The notes under the pieces are model-generated. The model did no database searches. It was not told the origin of the DNA and saw only the letters and a program-made list of their open reading frames with translations. From a bacterium HR10 (GTDB taxonomy: Bacteria > Acidobacteriota > Blastocatellia > HR10), in the NCBI GenBank assembly GCA_002923315.1, contig BEHM01000003.1:34029-98028 (forward strand): DNA of 64,000 bases, given 5' to 3'. Positions 16,908 through 25,705 of this stretch are shown here, piece by piece (position 1 is the stretch's first letter; every line of letters starts with the position of its first letter). A program made the translations under genes and the position numbers.

Positions 16908-18110
16908 TCACTCCTCGTAGATGGGCTTCACCTCGCCCTGGATGAGCGCATCGAGGCCGTAGTCGAGCGCTCGTTCAAGAAGCGCGCGTTCCTGCGGATC
17001 GGACGTCGCCGTGATGCGCCGCCGCATCTCTTGGATGAAGCGACCCTGCGTCGTGCGCGGATCGGCCGTGTCCAGATCGTAAGCCGGACGCGTGCGATCG
17101 GCGATGGCCAGGTGGAAATACTCGTGTTGCAGATCTTCGAGGATGGACGCCGGGCGAAGGCCCCGCGGAAGCCGTCCCTCCATCCGCAGGAAGACGATAT
17201 CCGAGGCCGTGGCGCCACACTCGCGCAGTCTCCCGATGACGCGCTCGCGCAAGCCGCTTTCGGTCTCAACTCCGGTCACGTCCACCTCCACGTCGTGGAT
17301 CATCCGCTCATCCACGCGAATTTTCTCCATTGCAAGGAGGCCGTGCTCGCCAATCTCCCCGAGCAGGGCATAATGAGGGCCAGCTTCGGAGAGATAGCGA
17401 CCGGCGAGACATCCGGTGTAGGCGGCGCGCACGCGCCCCTCCGCGTCGGTGATCTCCGCATAGTGATGGTAATGGCCGAGGGCCGCATAGGAGAAGCCTT
17501 GCGCGAGCAGCTCCTGGCGGGAGAAGGGGGCTGTGAACATCTTCTCGGAGCGGTCGCGCCCGGCATATTCGATCCACGATCCGTGAAAGAGCAGCACGCT
17601 TATTGGAGCGCGGGGACGCGGAATCGGAGCGCCCAACAGCCGTTCCTCCAGAGGCACGTTGCGCACGTGCGCGCGTCCGGTGATCGTGACCTCCGGGCGC
17701 GCGGGATGCGGCACCGTCTCGAATTCGGCCGTTCGGAAGATGGTGACGTTCTTCGGCCATAGGCGCATGCCGCGCGCGCGCAGGACCTCGTCGGCGTAAA
17801 ACGACGTGGGCGAGCAACAGTCGTGATTGCCGGGAGCGATGAAGACGGGGATGGGATCGAGCGACGCGAAAGCTTCCAGGACGCGCGCGACGGTCTCGGC
17901 CGAGATCGCCTCATCGTCCCACAGATCGCCGGGGATGAACAGGGCTTCGACCTTGTGCTCGCGGGCGAGACGGCAGGCTTTCCCCACCAGCTCTGTGATC
18001 TCTTGGCGGCGCTGCTCGCGCTTCTCCCGGGGCCAGGCCAGTTGCGAGCCGGTCAATCGGGAGTCCAGATGGACGTCGGAGAACTGCAGGAATCGAAGCC
18101 TGACGACCAT
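16908..18110 (-). CDS. YhaO/Mre11/SbcD-like metallophosphoesterase (DNA repair exonuclease)
   Basis: SDVHLD, GDLWD, PGNHD, HGS, ALGHYH. Confidence 0.9.
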   Translation of the reverse strand: MVVRLRFLQFSDVHLDSRLTGSQLAWPREKREQRRQEITELVGKACRLAREHKVEALFIPGDLWDDEAISAETVARVLEAFASLDPIPVFIAPGNHDCCSPTSFYADEVLRARGMRLWPKNVTIFRTAEFETVPHPARPEVTITGRAHVRNVPLEERLLGAPIPRPRAPISVLLFHGSWIEYAGRDRSEKMFTAPFSRQELLAQGFSYAALGHYHHYAEITDAEGRVRAAYTGCLAGRYLSEAGPHYALLGEIGEHGLLAMEKIRVDERMIHDVEVDVTGVETESGLRERVIGRLRECGATASDIVFLRMEGRLPRGLRPASILEDLQHEYFHLAIADRTRPAYDLDTADPRTTQGRFIQEMRRRITATSDPQERALLERALDYGLDALIQGEVKPIYEE

Positions 18111-18146
18111 GTCGGTCCTCTCTCGCCCGGCCCGGGCCTCCGCCCC

Positions 18147-19562
18147 TCATTTCACGCTGATGTTGTAGGCTTTGATCTTGCTGTTGAGCGTCGTCGTGTT
18201 CATCCCGAGCAGGCGCGCGGCGCGACTCTGATTGCCGCCGGTGATCTCCAGCGCGCGCCGGATGAGGCTGATCTCGAACTTGGCGACCTCATCGTAGAAG
18301 GAGATGCCCTGCGCGATGGGGATGTCCCGCGCCAGATCATCCGTCCTCACGCGGTGCAGGAACTCCTCGGCCGCGCGCGGATCGAGGATCTCATCGGGCA
18401 GACAGTCGAGCGTGATCCGGTCGCCGCGCGCGATGATGACGGCGCGCTCGATCACGTTCTCCAACTCGCGCACATTGCCCGGCCACGGATATTCCTCCAG
18501 AGCGCGCAGCACCTCCGGATCCAATTCCGTCGAGATGTTTCGATTGTTCTCGGCATTGAATTTCCGGATGAAGTGTTGGACCAGCGGCAGGATGTCCTCC
18601 TTCCGCTCCCGCAGCGGCGGCAGATGGATCGTGATGACGTTGAGCCGATAGAAGAGGTCTTCGCGAAAGCGCCCCTCGCTCACGGCCTTCTTGAGATCAA
18701 TATTGGTGGCCGCGATGATCCGCACGTCCACCCGCCGCGTCGTCGTGTCGCCGAGGGGCGTGAACTCGCGTTCCTGGATGACGCGCAGGAGCTTGGCTTG
18801 GATGTCGAGGCTGATGTTGCCGATCTCATCAAGGAAGATGCTGCCGCCGTCGGCGATCTCGAATCGGCCCTTCTTGGCGGCGATGGCGCCGGTGAAGGCG
18901 CCTTTGACGTGACCGAACAGATCGCTCTCCAGAAGCTCCGGAGAGACATTGCTGCAGTTGACGGCGACGAACTGACCGGTCTCCGCGCGCGGGCTCATGA
19001 AGTGGATGGCGCGGGCGATCAGCTCCTTGCCCGTTCCCGATTCGCCTTGGATCAGCACGGTCGAGCGCGTGGGGGCCACCTGCGCGACCAGATCGAGGAC
19101 CTTGCGCATCTTCGGACTGCGTGCGATGATCTGGCGAAGAGCCGATCCCTGACGCAGCGTCTGGCTCAGGATGCGGCGCTCCTCGTCCTTGCGACGGCGG
19201 CGAATCCCGGCCTCGACCACCTGCACGATCTGATCGTTCTGAAACGGCTTGCGGATGCAGTTGAAGGCCCCCAGTTGCCAGGCGGCCATCGCCGTCTCGA
19301 AGGTCGCATAGGCCGTGATGATGACGACCACGGCCTCGGGGTCGAGGCGCAGCAGCTCCTGCAGCGTCGCGATCCCCCCCATGCCGGGCATGGAGACGTC
19401 GAGCAGGACCAGATCATACGGGCGTTCGCGGAATTTCTCCAACCCTTCTTCGCCTGTGCGCGCGGTGTCCACACGATAGCCCTCGGCCGTGAGCAGGCTC
19501 TCGAGGACATCGCGCATTACTTCTTCATCGTCAATGACCAGGATCGTCCCCTTGCGACCCAT
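18147..19562 (-). CDS. NtrC-family sigma54-dependent response regulator
   Basis: Receiver (IDDE, LLD), GESGTGKE, GAFTGA, FLDEI, WPGNVRELEN, Fis-type HTH. Confidence 0.96.
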   Translation of the reverse strand: MGRKGTILVIDDEEVMRDVLESLLTAEGYRVDTARTGEEGLEKFRERPYDLVLLDVSMPGMGGIATLQELLRLDPEAVVVIITAYATFETAMAAWQLGAFNCIRKPFQNDQIVQVVEAGIRRRRKDEERRILSQTLRQGSALRQIIARSPKMRKVLDLVAQVAPTRSTVLIQGESGTGKELIARAIHFMSPRAETGQFVAVNCSNVSPELLESDLFGHVKGAFTGAIAAKKGRFEIADGGSIFLDEIGNISLDIQAKLLRVIQEREFTPLGDTTTRRVDVRIIAATNIDLKKAVSEGRFREDLFYRLNVITIHLPPLRERKEDILPLVQHFIRKFNAENNRNISTELDPEVLRALEEYPWPGNVRELENVIERAVIIARGDRITLDCLPDEILDPRAAEEFLHRVRTDDLARDIPIAQGISFYDEVAKFEISLIRRALEITGGNQSRAARLLGMNTTTLNSKIKAYNISVK

Positions 19563-19572
19563 AGCGTTCTAA

Positions 19573-19583
19573 ATGGTAGCACA
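19573..19583 (-). promoter_or_regulatory. Extended -10 promoter internal to the two-component cluster
   Basis: TGTGC-TACCAT 10 nt before ATG 19562; no SD. Confidence 0.45.
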
Positions 19584-19641
19584 AGGTACGAGCCGAGCAG
19601 AATGGGCGTGTTCGGTGAGGGCGCGCCGTCTTCCGGAGAGA

Positions 19642-22575
19642 TCAATCTCCGGCCGCCACGGCTCTTTCCGGCGTCTCGCCCAAGGCGCCTGAGGCGCGCC
19701 GAGCGTTCAGAGCAGGCAGCGCGATGGTGAACCGCGTGCCGCGACCGACCTGGCTCTCGACGAAGATGCGCCCGGCATGTTCTTGGATGATGCCGTAGCT
19801 GAGTGCCAGGCCCAGGCCGGTCCCCCGCCCCACGCCCTTGGTCGTGAAGAACGGATCGTAAATGCGGGCGATGTGTTCGGGCGGGATGCCCACCCCCGTG
19901 TCCTCGACGTCCACGCAGACCTGACCATCGCTCAGATAGGCGGCCAACGTGAGCCGTCCGCCCTCGGGCATGGCATCGCGCGCGTTCAGGATCAGGTTCA
20001 TGAAGACCTGCTGCAACTTCGTCGCGTCACCGAGCACCGGCGGCAGCTCCTCGGCGTATCGTCGCACCACCTCGATGCGCGTATTGCGCAATTGGGGTTC
20101 CAGAAGCTGGAGCGTGTCGTCGAGGACGCTTCGGATGTCCAGCTCGCTCACCGTCGGGCGCTCCATGCGCGCGAAGTTCAACAGACTCTGGACGATCTGT
20201 GACGCGCGCAGCACCTGCGTCTCGATCTTCTCCAGGAGCGCGCGACGCGGATCGGTCGGGGGGAACTGCTTGAGGAGCATCTGCGTGTAGCTGGAGATCC
20301 CCGCCAGCGGCGTGTTCACCTCGTGCGCGACTCCGGCAGCCAGCAGGCCCAACGAGGAGAGTTTCTCCCGTTGCTGCAATTGCTCCTCAAGCCGCACCCG
20401 ATGCGTCAGGTCTTCGAGGACGAGCAGCGATCCCGAGGGCCCGCCCGAGCGCATCCAGAGCGGGACGAGCGAGACATTGAGGACGAGATCACGGTCCTCA
20501 CCCGCGCGCCAGCGGAACTTATAGATGTTTCGCACCTCGGGCACGGCCCATCCGTGAGGATGCGTGACGTCGCGGAGCGCGCGGAGGAGGTCCGGGTCCA
20601 GAAGCTCTTCGATCGGACGGTCGAGCGCTTGCGGACGCGGGATCCCCACGAGTGCTTCCGCCGCCGAATTCCACATCGTGACGCGCCCTTCAGGCGTGAG
20701 GGCGATGATCCCCATATTGATGGATTCGATGACGCTCTCGCTGAACTCCTTGAGTTGGGCCAACTCGGCAGCGCGGCGGGCCTGCTCACCGTAGAGGAGG
20801 CTATTTTCGATGGCAATGGCGAGGTATCCGGAGATGACGCGCAGCAGCCCGACATCCTCCGAGGTGAGAAGCGGCGCCTCCATGGGCCGACCGAGCGCCA
20901 GGATCGCGATCGGCCGATCGTGAGTCAGGCAGGGGACGAAATACTGCAGATCATCCACGCCGCGCGCGAAGGTCTCCGGGAGCCAGGGGGTCACCTCGCG
21001 CGCGAGGACGCCACTGCGGCCGCTCTCGGCCAGGACGATCCGCCCGAAATCCGGAGGCAGCTCCAGATCCGCCGCCGACACGCCTCGAGAGAAGGCGAGG
21101 CGATATCCCACCGGCGTGCGCGCGTCCTCGATGAAGATGGCGATCTTCTCGACCGAGAAGATCCGTCGCAGGTGTTCCGCTGTTCGCTCCAGCAGGGCCT
21201 CCAGATCCGTCGTCGCCGAGATCGTCCGGATGAAGGCATCGAGACTGCGGCGGGCGCTATATCGCTCGCCGTAAAAGAGCCGATCCATGCGCTCCATGAG
21301 CCAATTCTTGATCGGCGCGAAGAGCATGGCGATGGCGAGCACTCCGCCCACGGTGACGGCCTGAATGAACCAGGTCGGCGCATTCGGCACCAGTTCGGTG
21401 ATGAGCGTCGCCCCCTTGCCCAGAATGATCGCATAGAGCGCGGCCACCGACGCCGTCGCGAGGAAATGGACGAAGCTGCGCCGCACGATCACGTCCACGT
21501 CCATCAGCCGATACCGCACGATCGAGTAGCCGAACGACAGAGGGATGAAGATGAGCGGGCCGATGGCCAGCGCTTCGGCGACCGGAGAGACGTTCGGGGT
21601 GACGAAATATGTGTAGAGCTCGTAGGCCGTGAAGGGGAGGATGCTCACGCCGAGTCCCCAGACGATCCACTTCATCTGTTGTCGCAGCAGGGGAGTCTCG
21701 GCCTTGAGAAATGTGCGGACCAGGAGACCACCGCCCGCGAGGAAGCAGCCGATGAATTGAATGAGCGCCGCCGCGTCCAGGTGCGCGCGCAACCGCACCA
21801 CCGATTCGGTGCGAGGTCGCCAGCCAGTCGCCAACGCGATCTCCAGGGCCAGCAGGATCATGGCCGGCATGTAAATGGCCACCGTAACCGCACGCCGCTG
21901 CCGCACGATCTGCCGCCGGAGTGGAAACAGCGCCGCGAAGTGCAGAAAGAGTGGGGCCAGAAGCAGCAGCGCGGCATTATCGGCCAGGAAGATGATCCAA
22001 TCCAGCCGATCGAACGTCTCCGTGAAGCTGTAGAAATGGACGACGAAAGCCATCAAGCAGATCAAGTAGAAATGGCGCACATACGGAGCCCGCCCCTGCT
22101 TGAGTAGCACGTAGAGGCCGATCACCAGGTAGACGACGCCAATGGCCGCCAGATAGAGGCCTCGCCCGAGCTTCTGCGGCTTGGCCACTAATTCGGGGAT
22201 GTCTGCCACCCACGTCGAGCGATCCCCGTAGACATTGGCGCGTTCGATGAGGTAGGAGATCGGTGCTCCGACACCCGCCGCCTCGAGATAGATCTGGACA
22301 TCGCTTGCGCGCGCGACAGCGTCGAAGGGGGAGCTGCCGCTCAGGCTGATCCCCACCAGGCGATCACCTCGGCGCACTCCAGCTCGTGCGGCCGGACCCT
22401 CGGGGTCCACGATCGTCGCGACGATCCCCCGAGGAGAGTCCGCCCACGTCACCCCATCATATGGAATTTGAGGCCGCTTGAGACGAGAGTGGAGGTTGAG
22501 GGTCCCCAGCAGGACCAATGCGCCGGTCACAAGCAGGAGGAATATCGTTTGTCGGCTCAACCTCCTCGGCATCAT
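19642..22575 (-). CDS. Sensor histidine kinase: TM - PDZ - multi-TM - GAF-like - PAS - HisKA - HATPase
   Basis: PEGPAARAGVRRGD (PDZ), multiple TM helices, GVAHEVNTPL, NLILNARDAM, DTGVGI, FFTTK, GTGLGL. Confidence 0.93.
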   Translation of the reverse strand: MMPRRLSRQTIFLLLVTGALVLLGTLNLHSRLKRPQIPYDGVTWADSPRGIVATIVDPEGPAARAGVRRGDRLVGISLSGSSPFDAVARASDVQIYLEAAGVGAPISYLIERANVYGDRSTWVADIPELVAKPQKLGRGLYLAAIGVVYLVIGLYVLLKQGRAPYVRHFYLICLMAFVVHFYSFTETFDRLDWIIFLADNAALLLLAPLFLHFAALFPLRRQIVRQRRAVTVAIYMPAMILLALEIALATGWRPRTESVVRLRAHLDAAALIQFIGCFLAGGGLLVRTFLKAETPLLRQQMKWIVWGLGVSILPFTAYELYTYFVTPNVSPVAEALAIGPLIFIPLSFGYSIVRYRLMDVDVIVRRSFVHFLATASVAALYAIILGKGATLITELVPNAPTWFIQAVTVGGVLAIAMLFAPIKNWLMERMDRLFYGERYSARRSLDAFIRTISATTDLEALLERTAEHLRRIFSVEKIAIFIEDARTPVGYRLAFSRGVSAADLELPPDFGRIVLAESGRSGVLAREVTPWLPETFARGVDDLQYFVPCLTHDRPIAILALGRPMEAPLLTSEDVGLLRVISGYLAIAIENSLLYGEQARRAAELAQLKEFSESVIESINMGIIALTPEGRVTMWNSAAEALVGIPRPQALDRPIEELLDPDLLRALRDVTHPHGWAVPEVRNIYKFRWRAGEDRDLVLNVSLVPLWMRSGGPSGSLLVLEDLTHRVRLEEQLQQREKLSSLGLLAAGVAHEVNTPLAGISSYTQMLLKQFPPTDPRRALLEKIETQVLRASQIVQSLLNFARMERPTVSELDIRSVLDDTLQLLEPQLRNTRIEVVRRYAEELPPVLGDATKLQQVFMNLILNARDAMPEGGRLTLAAYLSDGQVCVDVEDTGVGIPPEHIARIYDPFFTTKGVGRGTGLGLALSYGIIQEHAGRIFVESQVGRGTRFTIALPALNARRASGALGETPERAVAAGD

Positions 22576-22588
22576 CGCCAGTTATGTA

Positions 22589-22604
22589 AGCAAATTCCAT
22601 TCCG
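22589..22604 (-). promoter_or_regulatory. sigma54 -24/-12 promoter of the sensor kinase
   Basis: CGGAATGGAATTTGCT (GG-N10-GC, TTGCT); predicted start site only a few nt before ATG 22575. Confidence 0.65.
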
Positions 22605-22682
22605 CGAAATGCGCAGCGACGGTAACCGCTGAATTTTCAGCCCGTTCCCTCAAGAGAGGGGATGTTGGGGCTTCACCAAACC

Positions 22683-22719
22683 TTCCATTTTTTCGGAAAC
22701 TCCTTCCATATTTTCGGAA
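22683..22719. promoter_or_regulatory. Tandem enhancer (UAS), TTCC-N8-GGAA x2, 21-bp period
   Basis: TTCCATTTTTTCGGAA (22683) and TTCCATATTTTCGGAA (22704); same architecture as 13904-13940. Confidence 0.75.
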
Positions 22720-22763
22720 GTTGCTGCCGCTCATGCCGCGACCAGAGCCAGAGGCCCAGAGCG

Positions 22764-24455
22764 TCAGAAGCGCAAGGCGAGGCTCCCCCGAATCGAGCGA
22801 GGCGCGCGGACCAGGAGGAGCCCGCTCCCCTCCGCATGCGCGTTCTGGGGCCATGCGATCAGATTCCGCGCTTCAATGATGGCTTCCCAGCGACCCGGCA
22901 AAAAGGCGATGCTCGGCAGTTCCTGAGCGATGATCAGCGTCAGGCCGGGATCAAGGGGGGGCAAGTGAGGAAGGCCATCTTCCAATGGCCGCTCCCACAC
23001 GGGCGCGATCAGCACCGAGAGGACGTGAGAGGGGAGGCGATAGAACGGGTCCGCATCCATCGCGCTCCATCTCCGCGCGGCGCGGAAGTGAGCCGCCACG
23101 CGCGTGCGCGTGCGGGCGAACATGGCGTCCACGCGTCCGGCCAGCAGGTGAAAATCGCGGGGCGGGAGGGCACCGACCGTCTTCTCGGAAGGCGACGACC
23201 GTTCAGTGCCGAAGGCGTAGCCGACGGTCGCCCTCACCGAACCGCCAAGCGGGCGAGTGTAGAGGACGCGAAGGCCGTGACGTGATCCGATCCCTGCGGA
23301 GAAGACGCTCGCGCCGTGGTCCGCTTGCCCCAGCTCCTCACTTGGGCTCGCATTCTGAAAGATCGCGATCTCCAGCTTGTGCTGCTCTCCGAGCGCCCGC
23401 TCCAGGCCCACCTGCCACTGATGGCCCCCATCCATTGGGCGCCCATCCCATTGGAGGTGAGGCCGAGCGGGATAGGGCGCCGGGAGCGCAGCGCTTCCGC
23501 GTGTGAGATCGGCATGCACTTCCTGGAGCGAGGAGAAGTCAGCCTTGATCCGCGTGTGTTCGGTGAGCGTCCATCGCAGACCGAGTCGGGGGATAGTCTC
23601 CCAGGAGGCAAGTCCATGCGCGCGAGTTCGCTGCACGTCCAGACCATAGGTGAGCGAGAGCGCGGATGCGACGTCCCATTGATCGGCGATTCGAAATGCC
23701 AATTGCCGCGCCTCATGTGGCCATTCCGGAGTCGCGCGCCATTCGGTCGCGGCGATCACAGCGTTCAGACGATGGGACTTGAACGGCTTGGCCACGGCCT
23801 CCATCTCCCATCGCCCCGGATATCCCCCCCATCCCGTCGTCTGCGCGGCGATAGCGAGCGCCAGCCGAGGAGATAGCTCTTGCGCGAAGGCGAGATTCAT
23901 CGCGCCGCCCGAGGCCACGCGCCGCCGATCTCCGCGAAGAGAGCCACTGGTGATGGTCACCTGTCCGCGCCACCGGCCATCGAGGAAGCCAACGAGGACG
24001 CGCTCTTCCATCTCGCCATTCTTGTTGAACCGCAGGACGTGACGGCGCGAGGCGCGAACGGCCCATCGGTAATCATCGCGATCCTGGCGGCGTTCGACCA
24101 GGGTGTCCGTCCGCCGCAGCTCCAGGTCGAAGCTGAGGATGACCTGCGGCTTGATCTCGACGATGCGAGCGACGGGGAGAAAGCCCCGTGCTTCTGCCCG
24201 CACGCGATATGAGCCCGGAGCCAGGTTCTTGATGAGATATTTGCCGTCCATGCCCGTGCGCAGCATCTTCACCGGCCGATCCGACGTATTGGCCGGCAAG
24301 AGTCGCACGATTGCACCGATGACCGGATTCCCCGCCTCGTCGAGAACGACGCCCATGATCCCTCCCGAAGGGCGAGGCGGCGAGGAGGCATGCGCAGGCA
24401 TGCTCAGAAGAGCGAACACACACACGACGGCCGGAAAGACGCGCGACGGTCTCAT
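22764..24455 (-). CDS. Exported protein with a carboxypeptidase-regulatory-like N domain and a probable beta-barrel
   Basis: Signal peptide after SD AAAGGGGG; GVVLDEAGNPVIGA..LAPGSY; alternating beta-strand pattern; C-terminal Phe (GSLALRF). Confidence 0.7.
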   Translation of the reverse strand: MRPSRVFPAVVCVFALLSMPAHASSPPRPSGGIMGVVLDEAGNPVIGAIVRLLPANTSDRPVKMLRTGMDGKYLIKNLAPGSYRVRAEARGFLPVARIVEIKPQVILSFDLELRRTDTLVERRQDRDDYRWAVRASRRHVLRFNKNGEMEERVLVGFLDGRWRGQVTITSGSLRGDRRRVASGGAMNLAFAQELSPRLALAIAAQTTGWGGYPGRWEMEAVAKPFKSHRLNAVIAATEWRATPEWPHEARQLAFRIADQWDVASALSLTYGLDVQRTRAHGLASWETIPRLGLRWTLTEHTRIKADFSSLQEVHADLTRGSAALPAPYPARPHLQWDGRPMDGGHQWQVGLERALGEQHKLEIAIFQNASPSEELGQADHGASVFSAGIGSRHGLRVLYTRPLGGSVRATVGYAFGTERSSPSEKTVGALPPRDFHLLAGRVDAMFARTRTRVAAHFRAARRWSAMDADPFYRLPSHVLSVLIAPVWERPLEDGLPHLPPLDPGLTLIIAQELPSIAFLPGRWEAIIEARNLIAWPQNAHAEGSGLLLVRAPRSIRGSLALRF

Positions 24456-24578
24456 ATTCACCCCCTTTCTCGGAGCACTCCCCCGATGGCAGGCTCGCGC
24501 GCCTGATCGTGTGGGGTCTTCGCGAAGACGACGCGCGGGCAATGTCGAACATTTCGGTCGGCCATCATAACCGGTGAG

Positions 24579-24608
24579 ATTGTGCCCGATGGCCCGACGG
24601 CCTGTCAA
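24579..24608 (-). promoter_or_regulatory. sigma70 promoter
   Basis: TTGACA-N18-CACAAT with an upstream A-tract. Confidence 0.6.
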
Positions 24609-24666
24609 GCGCATGGGCTTTTTCTGATCCCGTGCGCTTCCGCCTCCCCCCGCGAGCCCACGGCGC

Positions 24667-25104
24667 TTATTTCGTCGTCTCCGGCCATCGCGTTTGATAG
24701 TGGCATTCGGCGCAGTAGGTGATGATTCGGCCAAAGAGCATCACGGCGAGCATCGCGTCCTTACGATCGGCTTGGTTCTTCACCGACTGCGTGTCGCGCG
24801 CGAGATTGCGCGAGATGTTCGCCAGATCAGCGTTCGTCTCCAGTTTCGCGTACTCCTCGGCGAGTCGGATGAGTGCCGCCGCCTGCGCGCTCAGCTCTTG
24901 GAAATCCGCATCGGTGAACTTCGCTTCGATCGCTCCAGCGAAGATCTTCTCGTGCAGGGCCCGATAGGCGTGCCCCATCTCGACCATGTTCTCCTTCTTC
25001 GAGCGTTGTCCCGGAGGATCCGCGCCCAGAGAAGCGCGCCCCACGGGGATCCCCATGAGCATTCCGACCACGATCCACCCGACCACCGTCCTCATGGTTG
25101 TCAC
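24667..25104 (-). CDS. Cytochrome c' / class II c-type cytochrome-like protein
   Basis: Signal peptide, helical body, single C-terminal CAECH heme motif. Confidence 0.7.
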   Translation of the reverse strand: MTTMRTVVGWIVVGMLMGIPVGRASLGADPPGQRSKKENMVEMGHAYRALHEKIFAGAIEAKFTDADFQELSAQAAALIRLAEEYAKLETNADLANISRNLARDTQSVKNQADRKDAMLAVMLFGRIITYCAECHYQTRWPETTK

Positions 25105-25203
25105 CTCCTCACGGCGTTCTCGGGGCTAGTGTAGCATATCCGCGGAGAGGCTTCCGCATGCGGAGGGAGCACGCGAGGACTTTGCGCGTGAACGGAATCG
25201 CCC

Positions 25204-25232
25204 TTGCCAGAGCCGGCGAAATCGGGTATAAG
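25204..25232 (+). promoter_or_regulatory. sigma70 promoter of ferredoxin
   Basis: TTGCCA-N17-TATAAG. Confidence 0.6.
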
Positions 25233-25275
25233 GGACAATTCAAGTTTCGCGGCACTCTCGCGTGGAGGGAGAAGC

Positions 25276-25581
25276 ATGGCATATACGATTGCAGAACCGT
25301 GCATCGGCACAAAGGACACGGCCTGCGTGGATGTCTGCCCGGTGGATTGCATTCACCCGGGGAAGAACGAGCCCGGATACGATATCGTCGAGCAGCTCTA
25401 CATCAACCCTGAGGAGTGCATCGACTGCGGCGCGTGCGTGCCGGCCTGCCCGGTCGAGGCGATCTTCCCGAACGACGAAGTTCCCGAGAAGTGGGCGTTC
25501 TACATCGAGAAGAATGCCGATTACTATGCGCTCTCGGCGGCTGAGTTTCAGGCCAAGTGGAATTCGCCGAAGCCGGAGTGA
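25276..25581 (+). CDS. fdxA: 7Fe ([3Fe-4S][4Fe-4S]) ferredoxin
   Basis: MAYTIAEPCIGTKDTACVDVCPVDCIH..CIDCGACVPACPV. Confidence 0.93.
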   Translation: MAYTIAEPCIGTKDTACVDVCPVDCIHPGKNEPGYDIVEQLYINPEECIDCGACVPACPVEAIFPNDEVPEKWAFYIEKNADYYALSAAEFQAKWNSPKPE

Positions 25582-25705
25582 GTCCGGGCGCATCACGAAC
25601 ATCGGCGTCTGAGCGGGCGAGAGGGAGTGCCCCCCTCGGAAGAGGCCAATGGGGTATTCCGATGGGCATTCTCCCGAGTGTGAGCGGACGCCGTGATATT
25701 CTGAA

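Noticed and set aside
17823-19730. Long antisense ORFs (e.g. 17823-19730, 20323-22107, 32468-34276, 37086-38729, 41913-43895, 51525-53579)
   Set aside because: Shadow frames of well-supported genes in high-GC DNA, with no recognisable motifs.
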